From Octopus sinensis (taxonomy: Eukaryota), in the NCBI RefSeq assembly GCF_006345805.1, contig NC_043001.1, forward strand, positions 79,298,001-79,362,000: a stretch of DNA of 64,000 bases. The letters run 5' to 3'. Each line of letters begins with the position of its first letter. Within the stretch, counting starts at the first letter, position 1. The translations under genes were made by a program, and so were the position numbers. The notes under the pieces were generated by a model. It saw only the letters and a program-made list of their open reading frames with translations. It made no database searches and was not told the origin of the DNA. Below, piece by piece: positions 12,200 through 25,760 of the stretch.

Positions 12200-13300
12200 T
12201 ACGCCTGTCCTCATATTTTAGAGTCCCAGTGCTTATGATTGGATTTGATATTGCTGTGTGGTTACCATCTAGGTTTTCCTGAATTATTTCTCTTTTAAAG
12301 TGCTCTATTTCTATTTCGGATTTTTTTTTTTTTTGGCGAATATATCTCCTATGTTGGTTATTTTATTAGGGTTCATTGCTATATCTAAATATTTATCTAC
12401 GTTATTTTTCTTTCAGAATTTATATTCCTTTATTCTTTTATTCTTCTACTTCTTTCAGTCACGTAACTGCGGCCATCCTGGAGCACTGCCTTTAGTTGAG
12501 CAAATCGACCCCAGGACTTGTTCTTTGTAATTCTAGTACTTATTCGATCGACTCCTTTTGCAGAACCGCTAGGTTAGGGGGACGTAAACACACTAGCCTT
12601 GGTTGTCAAGCGATGTTGGGGGACAAACACACGCACAAACATACACACACACGTACTCACGCACACACACATACACACACATATATATACAACGGACGTC
12701 TTTCAGTTTCCCTTTACCAAATCCGCTTCTAAAGCTTTGGTCGGCCCGAGGCTATAGTAAAAGACAATTTCCCAAGGTTCCACGCAGTGGGACTGAACCC
12801 TTAACCCTGTGGGTGTTAAGCACAGCCACCCCTGCACCTATGTATATAGATTGTTGCGTTTTCTCTTTTTGTGGGTAGAGCTCTGCTGTAAAATAAGCGT
12901 GTACGATTGAAATATTTTCCTCGAGTGTCCATTTATGTTTTTTTTTGTTTTTAGTTGCGGTACGTGAGAAATAACGTCTGACCCTTTATTTTGATAGTCA
13001 TTGTTTTCGTAGGTTACCGGTTCGTTCATTTCTGAGTGTTAAATGGCTTGGCACGTGTAGATTTTCGTATTTTTTGTGTAAGAAGTTTACAGCATTTACT
13101 TTTTGTTTGTTATTCTTGGGTTGAATAATGCAGGTATTATCATTGTACAATATCTGTGTATGGTGGTTGGGGCTGGAAACAGTCTGATGCTGATTTGAAC
13201 TGTAATGGAGGGAGCGTGTGTACACGTGTTGTGTGAGTAATGAAGATGGCACGCAGTTAAAGTACATAAATTCATTCGGAAAATAGAAATAAATTGTAAT
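12200..13300 (-). mobile_element. R4/Dong-like LINE 5'/N-terminal fragment interrupted by a SINE B
   Basis: KHKWTLEENISIVHAYFTAELYP (~12950-12860) continues after the SINE as ..NPNKITN..SEIEIEHFKREIIQE, resembling the KWTxExN..CYY N-terminus of R4-clade ORFs. Confidence 0.5.
12430..12838 (-). mobile_element. SINE family B
   Basis: Homologous to 7285-7703. Confidence 0.9.
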
Positions 13301-13451
13301 GAGTATGACTTACTGAAATGTAGTCCAACACTTTATCAGTTATTTAGGTTCCATTTCTTATCTTCATTCCTGATAATTTTGGATAGATTTTGGAGAGGTG
13401 TATCATTCTCACATGTTAAACGTCCTTGGTGTATTCTTTACTATTCTTCTT

Positions 13452-13511
<60 letters not shown>

Positions 13512-13539
13512 GTTATTGTTGTTGTTGTTGTTGTTGTTG

Positions 13540-14194
13540 TTATTATTATTCAGTAGATTTAGTTTTATATCATGCTTTTACTTCACTACTGAGCGTAGCT
13601 CTGTGTGCCTTGGGTATGTGCTGCGATTTGTTATGATGCTCTGATGGTTACTGTATCGGAAGTGTTTTGCGTAGGAAGAGTGCAGTGCCCAGTAGTGAAA
13701 TTTTCTGTATGTTATATGTGTTTGTAAGTCCTGGTATTTTTGTTATGTTTTTGTCTGAATATCTTTTTTTATAATGCCTAATGCGCCTACTATGATAGGA
13801 ATTGTTTCTGTTTTTAGAATCCACATTCCAGTTACCTCTGTTTCCAGGTCTTTGTATTTTGAGAGTTTCTCCATTTCTTTTAGAGGCACGTTGTCATCTG
13901 CTGGTATTGATACATCAATTAAAAAGCATTTTTTCTTCATGATCTCTGACAACTCTATCTGGCCTATTGACATTAATTTGTCTATGTGTATTGGCATATC
14001 CAAGAGTATGGTTGCTTTCTCGTTTTCTGTGACGTTTTCTGGTGTGTGCCTATACCATCTTTTTCCTGTTGTTATTCCATAATATTGGCATAGCTTCCAG
14101 CGTATGTAGGTCCCAACTCTGTCGTGTCTGTGAATATATTCCTTCTTAGCCAAGACTGGGCAGCCAGAGATAATATGCTTTATTGTTTCTTGTC

Positions 14195-14195
<1 letters not shown>
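13540..14195 (-). mobile_element. R4/Dong-like LINE 3' fragment (CCHC remnant + restriction-like endonuclease)
   Basis: ETIKHIISGCPVLAKKEYIHRHD..RPD..FLIDVSIP..EKLSKYKDL..IPIIVGALG; AAT/AAC tail. Confidence 0.9.
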
Positions 14196-14250
<55 letters not shown>

Positions 14251-14264
14251 TATTATCATTATTA

Positions 14265-14808
14265 TTGAGTGAGAGAGCAGTGCATGCCATCAAAGTGACA
14301 CTGGGGTAAAATATACGAAGCCCAATATACTCATCATGACTACCCGTCTGATAAGGGTACACCAGGCACATGCATCACAACCATATGTGCGCGACATGGT
14401 CATCTCATATCAAGATAAACAGCACATGACTTTGCAGGTGGGGCCCAGTTAGAATTTTCTTCAGGTTGAGTAGCCCATCCCGCTCAAAAGGTCCCTGAAT
14501 AAGGGTTGTTTAAGGATGTACAAAGAACCACCCATGTTTCCAGAGGTGAATTATTCAAACCCCAAAGAATCCCTCTCAACACATGGCTATGATGCTCCCC
14601 CACTACTTCTGCTCATGATCAGAGATGCACATATCGTCAGCCACTAAGGGACATGCTCAACTGGTTAAGGTCAAACAACTGACAAGCAAATCTGTGATAT
14701 TGAGCAGAATATATGCTGTAGCCCATCTTTTATACCAAGACAAAACAATGTACATGATAACACTTCCAATCAGTTAAGATCAGAAGCCATGAGAGCCACT
14801 GCCTGTAT
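14265..14808 (-). mobile_element. ~540 bp non-coding (AAT)n-tailed retro-repeat
   Basis: Homologs at 37843-38287 and 12105-12150; ends CTCTCTCACTCAATAATAAT; (ATT)n on both sides. Confidence 0.75.
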
Positions 14809-14876
14809 TATTATTATCATCATTATTATTATTATCATTATTATTATTATAAGCATTATTATCATCATTATTATTA

Positions 14877-14919
<43 letters not shown>

Positions 14920-15365
14920 TTATTTGCTACTTTCAGACAAATTTTTACTGCATTCACCTGCTACCCCACCGTGTTGCTGGGGTGTGTGTAGCATTGTGAG
15001 CAAACTTTTCCCTGTATTGTATTGCATTAGTCTTTTATGAAATGGTGCAGCCTTTTGTTTTATTAGTGTTTGTATTCTGTGTTGTCTATGTAATGCTATT
15101 TCATTGAATATTTGCTGTATCGATTGTCGTGTATTTTTGTGGAGTATTTTGCTTACGTTGTATTTTTGAATTGATATTGTCTTGCGCAGGACGTAGGCTG
15201 TTCCTTGCAAGGGTATTTTTGGATAATACGTAGCGTTGGAACCCAGGTGTATCTTCTACGTATTTATTCATTTTTTTTATCGTGGCCAATGCTTCAATTA
15301 TTACTGGAGTTGTCTTCCTCTTCATGCCCCAAATCTTCAATATTTCAATTTCCAGGTCGTTATTT
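14920..15365 (-). mobile_element. Second R4/Dong-like LINE 3' fragment
   Basis: NDLEIEILKIWGMKRKTTPVIIEALATIKK..QGTAYVLRKTISIQ plus 3'UTR ending in (AAT)n. Confidence 0.8.
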
Positions 15366-15879
15366 AATATTATTATTGATATTATTATTATTATGACGAC
15401 AGCACTGATGGAGGTGGTGATGATGATCCTCACAACGATGACACTGCTTCCGTCGATGCCATTTATGCTTCTGTTATTATTATTGTAGTAGTGATAGTAG
15501 TAGTAGTAGTAGTAGTAGTAGTTGTTGTTGTTGTTGTTGTTGTTGTTGTTCTTCTTCTTCTTCTTCTTCTTCTTCTTCTTCTTCTTTTTCTTGCCAATGC
15601 TGGTGGTGTCACTCTAGAACCTATTCTCACGACAGTTTCGTTCATTTTTGTGCTATCATTATTCTTGTATATGTTGTAAAATATTTCAATTCATTGTCAC
15701 GTTTCTTCGTGCCAAATCGTTTCCCATAATTTCTCGACAAGAAGGAAGCAGAGACGGTGTGTGTTTGTGAAATAGGGGAAATATATTCTGAAATTTGATG
15801 ACAAATATTCTTGAATTCTCTAGCAGATATCCATCGCTAGATGGTTACTGGATAAAAGAACTGCAGATGAGATGTAGAG

Positions 15880-16150
15880 ATCTGACCATTTTTCTTGCCG
15901 TAATTATCTACAAATGTGGGGGTGAGTGGACTAATGGACAGGGTGCTGGACTCATGATCACATGATTGTTGTTTCGATTCCTGGACGGCGCGACGCGTTG
16001 AGTTCTTGAGTAAAACAGTTAATTTCACATTGCTCCAGTCTCCTCCGTTGGCAAAAATAAGTAATCCTGCGACGGACCGGCGTCAAGTTCAGGTGGGAAA
16101 TATACATAGGTCATGGAAACAGAGAAACCAGCACTTGTGAGCTGTCATAA
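15880..16150 (+). mobile_element. SINE family D-like (diverged)
   Basis: tRNA head GTGGACTAATGG..GTTTCGATTCC; central TTTCACATTGCTCCAGTC. Confidence 0.6.
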
Positions 16151-16329
16151 CTCGAGAAAAAATCTTTATCTTTACCTTACCTAATTATTTATAAATATAT
16201 CTGCAGTCCCTAGGGATATAGTAGAGGTGTGTGTATATGTAGGAGTATTAGAGTAGGTATGTAAATGCACGGTTGAATTTATCGAGACTTTGTGCGCAAG
16301 TCAATGGTGCTATAAAGTGGTATGTCTGT

Positions 16330-16560
16330 GTGACGTCGATTGTGTATCCACGATGCAGTTGTTACAACGTGTATAAGTTTGCTTTGCAACGACATGGTTT
16401 CGAGTTCAGTCTTTCATTCCGTGACACTGTGGACAAAGTTCTTTTCTTCTAGCTCCGAGTCGAGCCAGGCCTTTTCAGCGGATTTGGCACATGGAAATAG
16501 TCTGGAAGTCCGTCGTGAATATGTGTGTGTGCGCGCTTGTGTTTGTGGGTGTGTATAGCT
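16330..16560 (+). mobile_element. Diverged SINE family B 5' half
   Basis: CATGGTTTCGAGTTCAGTC..GGACAAAG..GGATTTGG..AAGTCCGTCGT. Confidence 0.55.
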
Positions 16561-16832
16561 ATGTGCCTTTGTGTTTGTTTTTGTATCTACACTTCATTCC
16601 AGAGAAATGAGTTGAGTTCTTTATCACCCCGTAACTTAGAATTTTCTCAAATTGGTAAAATATAAACCGAATTTAACAAATAAGTTCAACAATTAATTTG
16701 TTAGACTGAAAATATCCGTACAACCTGGTGCCTGGGGCCATATCGTAGTCGCATACAATATATCTGTATCTCTCTATCTATCTACCTATCTATATTTTTA
16801 TCTATCTATATCTATATCTGTATCTATCTATC

Positions 16833-16877
<45 letters not shown>

Positions 16878-16889
16878 TGATATATATAT

Positions 16890-16922
<33 letters not shown>

Positions 16923-16954
16923 GTGTGTCTGTGTGTATATATATATATATATAT

Positions 16955-17222
16955 GTGGAGGCGCAATGGCCCAGTGGTTAGGGTAGCGGATTCGCGGTCG
17001 TAGGATGGCGGTTTCGATTCCCAGACCGGGCGTTGTGAGTGTTTATTGAGAGAAAACACCTAAAAATAAAGCTCCACGATTCCCCGGCAGGGGGGTAGTG
17101 ATCCCTGAGGTACTCTTTCCCTACTCTTTCTCCTACTCTTTCTTCTGTTGGCCTGCTCACTTAGCCAGCGGGATGGCGTCATTCAAAGGCTAAAACAATG
17201 CGGACGCATTGTGACCAGCGAT
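16955..17222 (+). mobile_element. SINE family C head with an alternative tail, in (TA)n
   Basis: GGAGGCGCAATGGCCCAGTGGTTAGG..GGTTTCGATTCCCAGACCGGGCG. Confidence 0.85.
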
Positions 17223-17244
17223 GTATATATATATGTGTGTGTGT

Positions 17245-17805
17245 ATTTATGTAAGTACAGTACATCAAGTACAGGACAATTTACCAAAATACATACAATA
17301 AGAACAGGATATAACTAACGAGTGAAAAATACGTAAACACGAAAGGCAAGTACGGGACAAATTACCAAAAGAAGTCTAACCCCTCATCAGTTATCGACTA
17401 TTAATTAATACGTATTTCGAGCTTTCACCGATAATATAAGAAAACCTCGTAAAGAGCAGCTTCCAGAAAATTTTTTTGACTATAAAATATTTGGAGAGCT
17501 AGAGCTTCAAACGAACAAACAACGACAGGGTGGACGCACGGATTAAACAATCGATAAAAACAAACAGCGAAAGGCCGTTAGGTCAAGATGCATTGTAATG
17601 GGTAACGCCTAGGATAAATTTTCAAAGGCTATAGAATAAATCCAAGAGAAGAAAAGTTTAAAAGAGACAAAAGGGAAAAAATGTAGGGAGGCGATAGAGA
17701 ATTAGGCCGAGCTAAGTAGGCCTCGCATCGACAAAAGACAGAGGTGAGAAAAAATGGCCTGTAGTCACTTGGGAACAATCAGGTAGAGAAGAAGGGAGGC
17801 AAGTA
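17245..17805 (-). mobile_element. Pyrimidine-rich PLE-like terminal module with a type II-ordered HHR (17380-17422)
   Basis: Minus: GCTC-GAAA-TACGTA-TTA..TAA-CTGATGA-GGGG; same motif order at 42151 and 59953. Confidence 0.5.
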
Positions 17806-18045
17806 TAATATATGTATGTATATATAATATATATATCTATATATATATATATCTATGAGGTGTGTATGTAGTGTGTGTATAAATATATATATATATATAT
17901 GTAAATATATATATACATATATATACATCTATATATAAATATCTGTATCTATATATATATATGTATATATATCTATGTATATGTGTGTGTCTATGTGTAT
18001 TCACACACTCACACACACACACAAACACACACACATAAACACATA

Positions 18046-18085
<40 letters not shown>

Positions 18086-18472
18086 CAGAACCTTAGTCAT
18101 AACGTGCATGAAATGAGTCATAATATTCACTCCTGCCTAACTCCCTGAATATAGGCAGACATTAAATTTGCCATTCGCAAATACATACATACAAATGCAT
18201 GCGCGCACTTCTCAATTGTTATCTCTGTTCTTTCCTTTTTTTTTTGTTTGCCTGAATATAATTCTATCTATATTTTGGTCTATTTCCTATTTCACTTGAA
18301 TGTTTTTCTCACATTTCAATTTAAAAGGTAGAAAAAAAATAATACATTGAAAATGATAGAAAACAAAATTCAACAAAGCATTGACAAAGCTCAGGCGAAG
18401 CAGATACGGAATAAAAATGTATGTATGAAGCAACAGACGGAAGTTTAAGAAAAAAATTAATACAAAGAAAGT

Positions 18473-18578
18473 GAGCAGCAGCAGCAGTAGTAGTAGTAGT
18501 AGTTATAGTAGTAGTAGTAGTAGTAGTAGTAGTGCAGCAGCAGCGGCAGCAGCTGTAGTATTATCAGTATTATTATTA

Positions 18579-18645
<67 letters not shown>

Positions 18646-18663
18646 TATTATATTATTATTATA

Positions 18664-18758
<95 letters not shown>

Positions 18759-18828
18759 TATTATTAGTTAGTAGTAAGTAGTAGTAGCAGTAGTAAGTAT
18801 AGTTAGTGGCAGAAGTAGTAGAAGAAGA

Positions 18829-18891
<63 letters not shown>

Positions 18892-18920
18892 CAAGAAAAG
18901 AAAGGAAGAAGAAGAAGAAG
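18473..18920. repeat. Compound trinucleotide array (AGC/AGT/ATT then inverted AAT/GAA)
   Basis: Directly visible. Confidence 0.95.
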
Positions 18921-19272
18921 TAAAGCAAGAACAACCACAACAACAAACTATCGCACTCCGACACATCACCTATATTTATGCGAAAGATATGAAGTTATGA
19001 AGCAAAATAGCAAAAAACAATGGCATCATTGTGAAGACGCATGAAGCGAATTAAACATGTTTTACGAGTGGTATATGAAGTAGCATTTATGTTTCTATAG
19101 ACGGGTAAATGCAGTCATAAGGAAATGCTTATATACATATCTATATGAGGAAATTCCAATAAATATCTATGTGCGTCCTCGCATGTGTTAGTGGGCGTGT
19201 GTCTGTGTGTATGCATATCACTATATACATTGATATATATATATACTTATGTCAATTCTATGCATTACCGTC

Positions 19273-19353
<81 letters not shown>

Positions 19354-19572
19354 ATGACTCTATACGTATAAGTCTATTTCCCTCTCAATAATATATATAT
19401 GTGTGTGTGTGTACATACATAAGATATATAAATATGTTATATATATATTATATATATATTATATATATACATACATACATACACACATATATGTATTAAT
19501 GGAAAGAGAGGAAAAGAGAGAAAATATATTAATGGAGGTTATGTGTGTGCATTGACGTTTACATGTTATTTC

Positions 19573-19605
<33 letters not shown>

Positions 19606-19670
19606 TGTTGTTATCAGATGTATATGCATTATTTTAAAATATGAAACGTATGTGTCTAAAATTGAACAAA

Positions 19671-19735
<65 letters not shown>

Positions 19736-20173
19736 CGTACATGCATGCATACATACATAGCTGTGATTAAATGATTAATGTGTATGTATACACCGATAGT
19801 GGATTGGAGGAGGAGCATCTGTAAAAACAAGGGTATCCTAAGAAAAGAATCAGTCAAGAGAAAAGATAAAATAGGTGGTGTTGCAAAAATAAGTAAATAA
19901 AAAACAATGTTACAGTATATAAGCTGCAATGAAAAAAAAAAAACGGGGTTACGAAGAGAAGAGAATGTGGCTAGAATAATACATGGGGGGAGGTGACGTC
20001 TGTAAGAGAAATTGATATGAGGAAAACAGATAGATCCCAATGATAGATTATAAGGACTGAAATCTGTAGATCTTTTATGTATGTTTGTACTTATGCATGT
20101 ATGTATGTATGCATGTATGCACATAAGTATGTGCGTATGTGCGTATTATCTATATACTATATATATATATATA

Positions 20174-20215
<42 letters not shown>

Positions 20216-20445
20216 TGTGTGTGTGTGTGTAGGTGTGTCTTTGTGAGCATGCATATATGTACGTATTTATATGTTTATGCATACATATAAATGCATAAAC
20301 ATATGGATATACGCGTATATGTTTACCAATACAAGCTATATATGTTACTCTAACTCTCTGTTTCCATCCATCCATCCGTCCATCCATCTATCCATCCATC
20401 CATCTATCATCTATCTCTCCCTCTCAGTTTCTCTCTCCCTCTCTT

Positions 20446-20489
<44 letters not shown>

Positions 20490-20738
20490 GAATGCAGACA
20501 CTTGTGTGAGTCTGTGTGTTTGTATATTTGCTTAATTCATATTTACATTATGCGTGTGTATATGCGTGTGTTTGTATGTGTATGTGTGCGCGCGTGCATA
20601 TCTCACTGTATCTGTTTGTGTGTGTGTCTTCTTGTTATGCGTTACTCTATCGATGTATCCTCTTAAAACTCTTGCGGACAAACGAAGGTTTTGCTCGAGA
20701 TTTTAGCAAATTAGATAGATAAATATTTAGACAGAAAG

Positions 20739-20780
<42 letters not shown>

Positions 20781-21174
20781 GTGAGAGAGTAAAAGTGAAT
20801 AAGAGATAGAGAAATAGAGTTAGAATGCGTGTTATATATAAAGATGGCGACGCTGACGCTTGAAAGAAGAGATAAATGCAAGGCGGAAGTGAATGTGATG
20901 CAAAAAGACCTAAAATAAACTATATAAGAGACTTTAAAGACATAGATAGATAGATTGTCTAGTAGACATGAAACAGTGTCGGACATGTTTGAGATAGCTG
21001 CAATGAGGGATTAGGGAGCCATTAAAAATGTGTTTTTGAGTGGCGTAGCCGAGTGATAGAGATCGATGCGCTGAAGAACAGATATATTGATGATTCATTT
21101 ATGTATAGTAAATGTGTAGATAGAGAGTTCGTTCGTTCGTTCATTCGTTCGTACGCTTGTTATTTAGATATATA

Positions 21175-21700
<526 letters not shown>

Positions 21701-22134
21701 TTAGATAGGTCGTTAGGTAGGTCGGTAGTTAGCTGTACTCTAGTATGATCGCATCTTCCGAGTTGAAACTGGTTAAAGAGTTTAAAGACTTACAGGAAAT
21801 ATATTAAACCGAAATGAAGAATATGAAATATATTTCTAATTGTAATTAAAGAAGATTTTCTCAAGTTGATGAGATTGATGTAGTTGTTTTTAAGGGTAGA
21901 CATCAATCAAAACATATCTGAAAAAAAATACCGGAACCATATGAGGGTTTTAAGGAACATGGATGCCAATCTCTGGGAAAAGATTTCAGTGTATGTAAAA
22001 TATTATGAAGGGATTTGTTAGTGTAACTAGACAACCAGCAGAATCTTCAGAGATTTTGCACCAGCTGCAATACGACATAACTTTGATAAAGAAGAAAGAA
22101 TGCATGTATGAATAATTGTTGAGATAATGATCGG

Positions 22135-22330
22135 TAATATTTAAGATGGCCAGTTGGCAGATTTGTTAGTATGTCAGGCAAAATGCTGAGCGACATTTCG
22201 TCTGTCTTTATGTTCTGAGTTAAAATTCTGCCGGAGTCGAAGTTTACTTCCATCCTTTCGGGGTCGATAAAATAAATATCACTTCAGTACTGGGTTCGTT
22301 GTAATCGTTCCACTCCCTCTCCCAAACTTG
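22135..22330 (+). mobile_element. SINE family A
   Basis: TTGGCAGATTTGTTAG..CATCCTTTCGGGGTCGATAAA. Confidence 0.8.
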
Positions 22331-24117
22331 CTGGGCTTCTGCCAAATTCTGAAAGCGATATCTAGGATGATTATTTGTGTAACAGTAAAATATCTCATGA
22401 ACTTCCTTTAAACTGTTCGGTTATAATGACAGAAATCACAGACATCACCTCGCAAACGGTGAGTTTTGCATCATTACTCGAGTATAAACCTTTCCTGCAG
22501 AAAACTGCAAAGAATTTGTTGGTGGAAAGGAATGCTAGAAAGAAGATGCTCTATGAACAAAAGATTAAGCATAACGCTTTGAAGATCTGAAGGACAAGAC
22601 ATATTAAATCAATCAAAGGAGGCAACGAGGTGGATGCAGTGTGAATGGAACAAATTAATTGTATAGACTCCTCATTCACGGAGCATGCCAACAAAAAAGT
22701 TATGGAATGTCGACAGAAATTACCTTGAATTTTCATTGCGGCTGCCCTAACGGTAATCTATGTATCATGGGGCCCGTTTCGCGAAAATTATTGCTCATAA
22801 CTAGTTTTTACTGATAGAAGAGGAAAGGCACCTATGTAATAATAGAGGCAGTTTGCTAGAGAAGGAACATGTGCCAACCAGAACCAGACATGCTTTTTTT
22901 TATAGAAATGTTCTAATAGACATATATACATAGTCGTACTTGTTTACGAGTGTAGATAAATGTTCCAGTATGATTTTCATTGTGATTTGTAGTCATTCGA
23001 AGATAAGAATATTTCCTAGCTATGATTAATATGTACAATCATTGCTACTCGATTCTGGTATGTTATGAATATGTGATCGCCAGGAACGATTATGAAATAT
23101 TGGTAAACTCTGTATTAATTCTGAGAGCTATAAGTGTATATTTGTACGACGTTAGGCTTTATAATCGTACAAACATATTTTTATGATGTGCATAGTGATC
23201 GTGGTTTAATGGTGCTAAATATGATAAAATTGTGTTACATTTATTATATGTTTCTGGGTTAGTTGTCCTAATTTGCAATTTTTCTAGATTACATGTAGAT
23301 CACGTTAATATATGGAAAGATTTTGAAGAATTGAAGAGTGGTATCGTTCGTAATGGAGTGTTGTGAGACTTGGTATGTCGTTGATGCCTTCCAGATTACA
23401 GCAAATTGTTGAGATTGTTGCTGTTGATTAGTTGCAGATCAGTATTGATCTAGTAAATCTATTATAAAAGACATCCCAAGTCATCATCATCTGATAATTT
23501 TTTTTTTTATTTTGTATTTGCAGGCAAGGTGGAAGGACATTATCCAATATATATTTCTAGTATGACTATCCATTTAGAGTTCACCAACTGGATTTTTAGG
23601 TGGTTGTATATCTTTAATAAAGTCGATCGTTAATGTCAACATTATTCGAATGTAGGCGTTAGAACAGCTTTGTAGAGATTATGCAACTGCTTAGAGCTGA
23701 ATACTTTCAGGTTTTAAAGAGGATTACTAATCTCTATGATGCAAGTGCCGCAATGTTATATTGAAAATATATTAATGTAACATTTAAATATTTCTCATCG
23801 GAGTGGTTTATTGAAAATATTACGTTTTTTCTTGATCAGATAAAATCAACATCTGTTGTACCACGTAGACAGGTCTCATCTTTGTCGAAAAGCCAAACTT
23901 TCTTTCTTGTCAGTTATAAAATAAATAAAAAAAATATACCAGAATTTACTCAAACAAAATCAGAACTTTCGCCCTATGTTTTAGATTGAAGATTAAAACA
24001 AATGATATTTCGAACGAAATTTATATAAAATTAAGAACATAAATAAAATATTCAGCTGACATTCAAAGGCCAATGATTACATTCAGCATTTTATTTCACC
24101 ATATTTCTGTCGAATGT

Positions 24118-24372
24118 AAAGGCACGTTGCTAAGTGGTTAGGGAAATCGGCTCACGACCTTAAGGTCTCGAGTTCAATTCCCGGAAACAAGTCTCCTAGT
24201 GCAAGACACATTATTTCACGTTGCTCCAATCCAAGCAGCTGGCCAAAATGAGTAGTTCTAGCATTTTCAAAGGGCCAGACTTATCACATTCTGTGTCACG
24301 CTAAAGTTCCCTGAAAACTACGTTTGCTTCACGAGCAGGCTGTTCTGTCGATCACTTCAACTGGAACAGCCC
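24118..24372 (+). mobile_element. Chimeric SINE: D-type head/centre with C-type tail
   Basis: TTTCACGTTGCTCCAATCC followed by CAAAGGGCCAG..TTCACGAGCAGGCTGTTC..CAACTGGAAC. Confidence 0.7.
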
Positions 24373-24383
24373 TTCATATAAGT

Positions 24384-24449
<66 letters not shown>

Positions 24450-24453
<4 letters not shown>

Positions 24454-24600
24454 GAAATGAAGAAAATGCTGACAAAATAATTTAAGTAATTTAAGTAATT
24501 TAATTAGGTGAAAGTTCTTTTTACCGGTTGCGCATTTGTTATGCTTATCAAAAGATAATTTTTTTAAAGGGAGATAGAGTTCTTTTCTGATAGATTTATA
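24450..24600 (-). mobile_element. PLE-type terminus with a degraded HHR (24516-24555)
   Basis: Minus: TCTTT-TGATAAGC..GC-GCAAC-CGGT-A|AAAAGA; ends in (TA)n. Confidence 0.45.
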
Positions 24601-25421
24601 TATATATATATATTTTATTAATATATTCTTCTATACACAATCACACACACCCATATATATATATATATATATATTGTATGTGCGTATGTATATATATATA
24701 TATATGGCCGGTTCATAGGGTAATTCAGAGTTTCACGTCCATCAATCGCGTCGCTTTACATACACTGAAAGTATATATGCTTGTGTATTTGTATATATGT
24801 GACTGATAATGTTTCATACAGTAACGCTGCTTCTATTTAATATTTAAATTTATTCTTACATATTTCCTGCCCGAGCGTACCAGTTCATTGTTTTCACACT
24901 ATGTGCTTAGGATTCGTGGACAGACGATGTGATTCATCTCCGACCCAGTTCGGGCACGTAATGTTGAAAAGCCATTAAAAATGGTGAAACATGGATATCC
25001 GTCACACCTGAATGGGAACTGGGGTGGATTATTTCACCCGTCCATGATTTCAGGTGCTTCAACACTCGGTATGTTGAGAGAGTATTCTCCAACACGCCGT
25101 ATCGCAGCCTATCTGAAAGTACAGTAACATTACACGAGGAAAAAAGTAACATTTCAAGACTGGTATTGTTGTTGTTTACTTGCAATCCCTCTCGAGGTTG
25201 CTGGTCTTGGGACGATATTTGAAAGCAATATAATTATGAATTTTTGAATATATTCATGCATATACGTAAATATATGTATGTATTTACATATATTTATGCA
25301 TATGCATATATAAACACAAATGTATAACTATATCGAGTGAGGGTTAAGCTGATTACATCGACCCGAATGGTACTTATTATATCGACCTCATATATGTGGA
25401 TGTTTGTATGTATATATATAC

Positions 25422-25742
25422 ATGAAGGTGTAAGAACCAGTGGTTAGAGAATCGGGGTTATAATCATTCGGCTGTGAATTCCATTCCGGACAGGACTATC
25501 CGCTGTATTATTCAGCACGGTATTTTATTTTACGTTGCTACAATTCAGTCAGCTGTAGGAATGATTTGCGACATCACTCATGCCAAGCTGCATCGTCTTG
25601 TACCTTTCCATTGGACAACATCGGTACCCTGAGAGACTGGCACGCAACAGGGGCGATGGCTGGTCTTCCTCCAACAATCCAGTTCAGAAGGGAACATTCT
25701 AGGTGCAATCCTGTGGTCATTCCTGACCTAAACGGGTCTTGT
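25422..25742 (+). mobile_element. SINE family D (diverged), TA on both sides
   Basis: Homologous to 43615-43916. Confidence 0.7.
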
Positions 25743-25760
25743 ATATATATATATATATAT

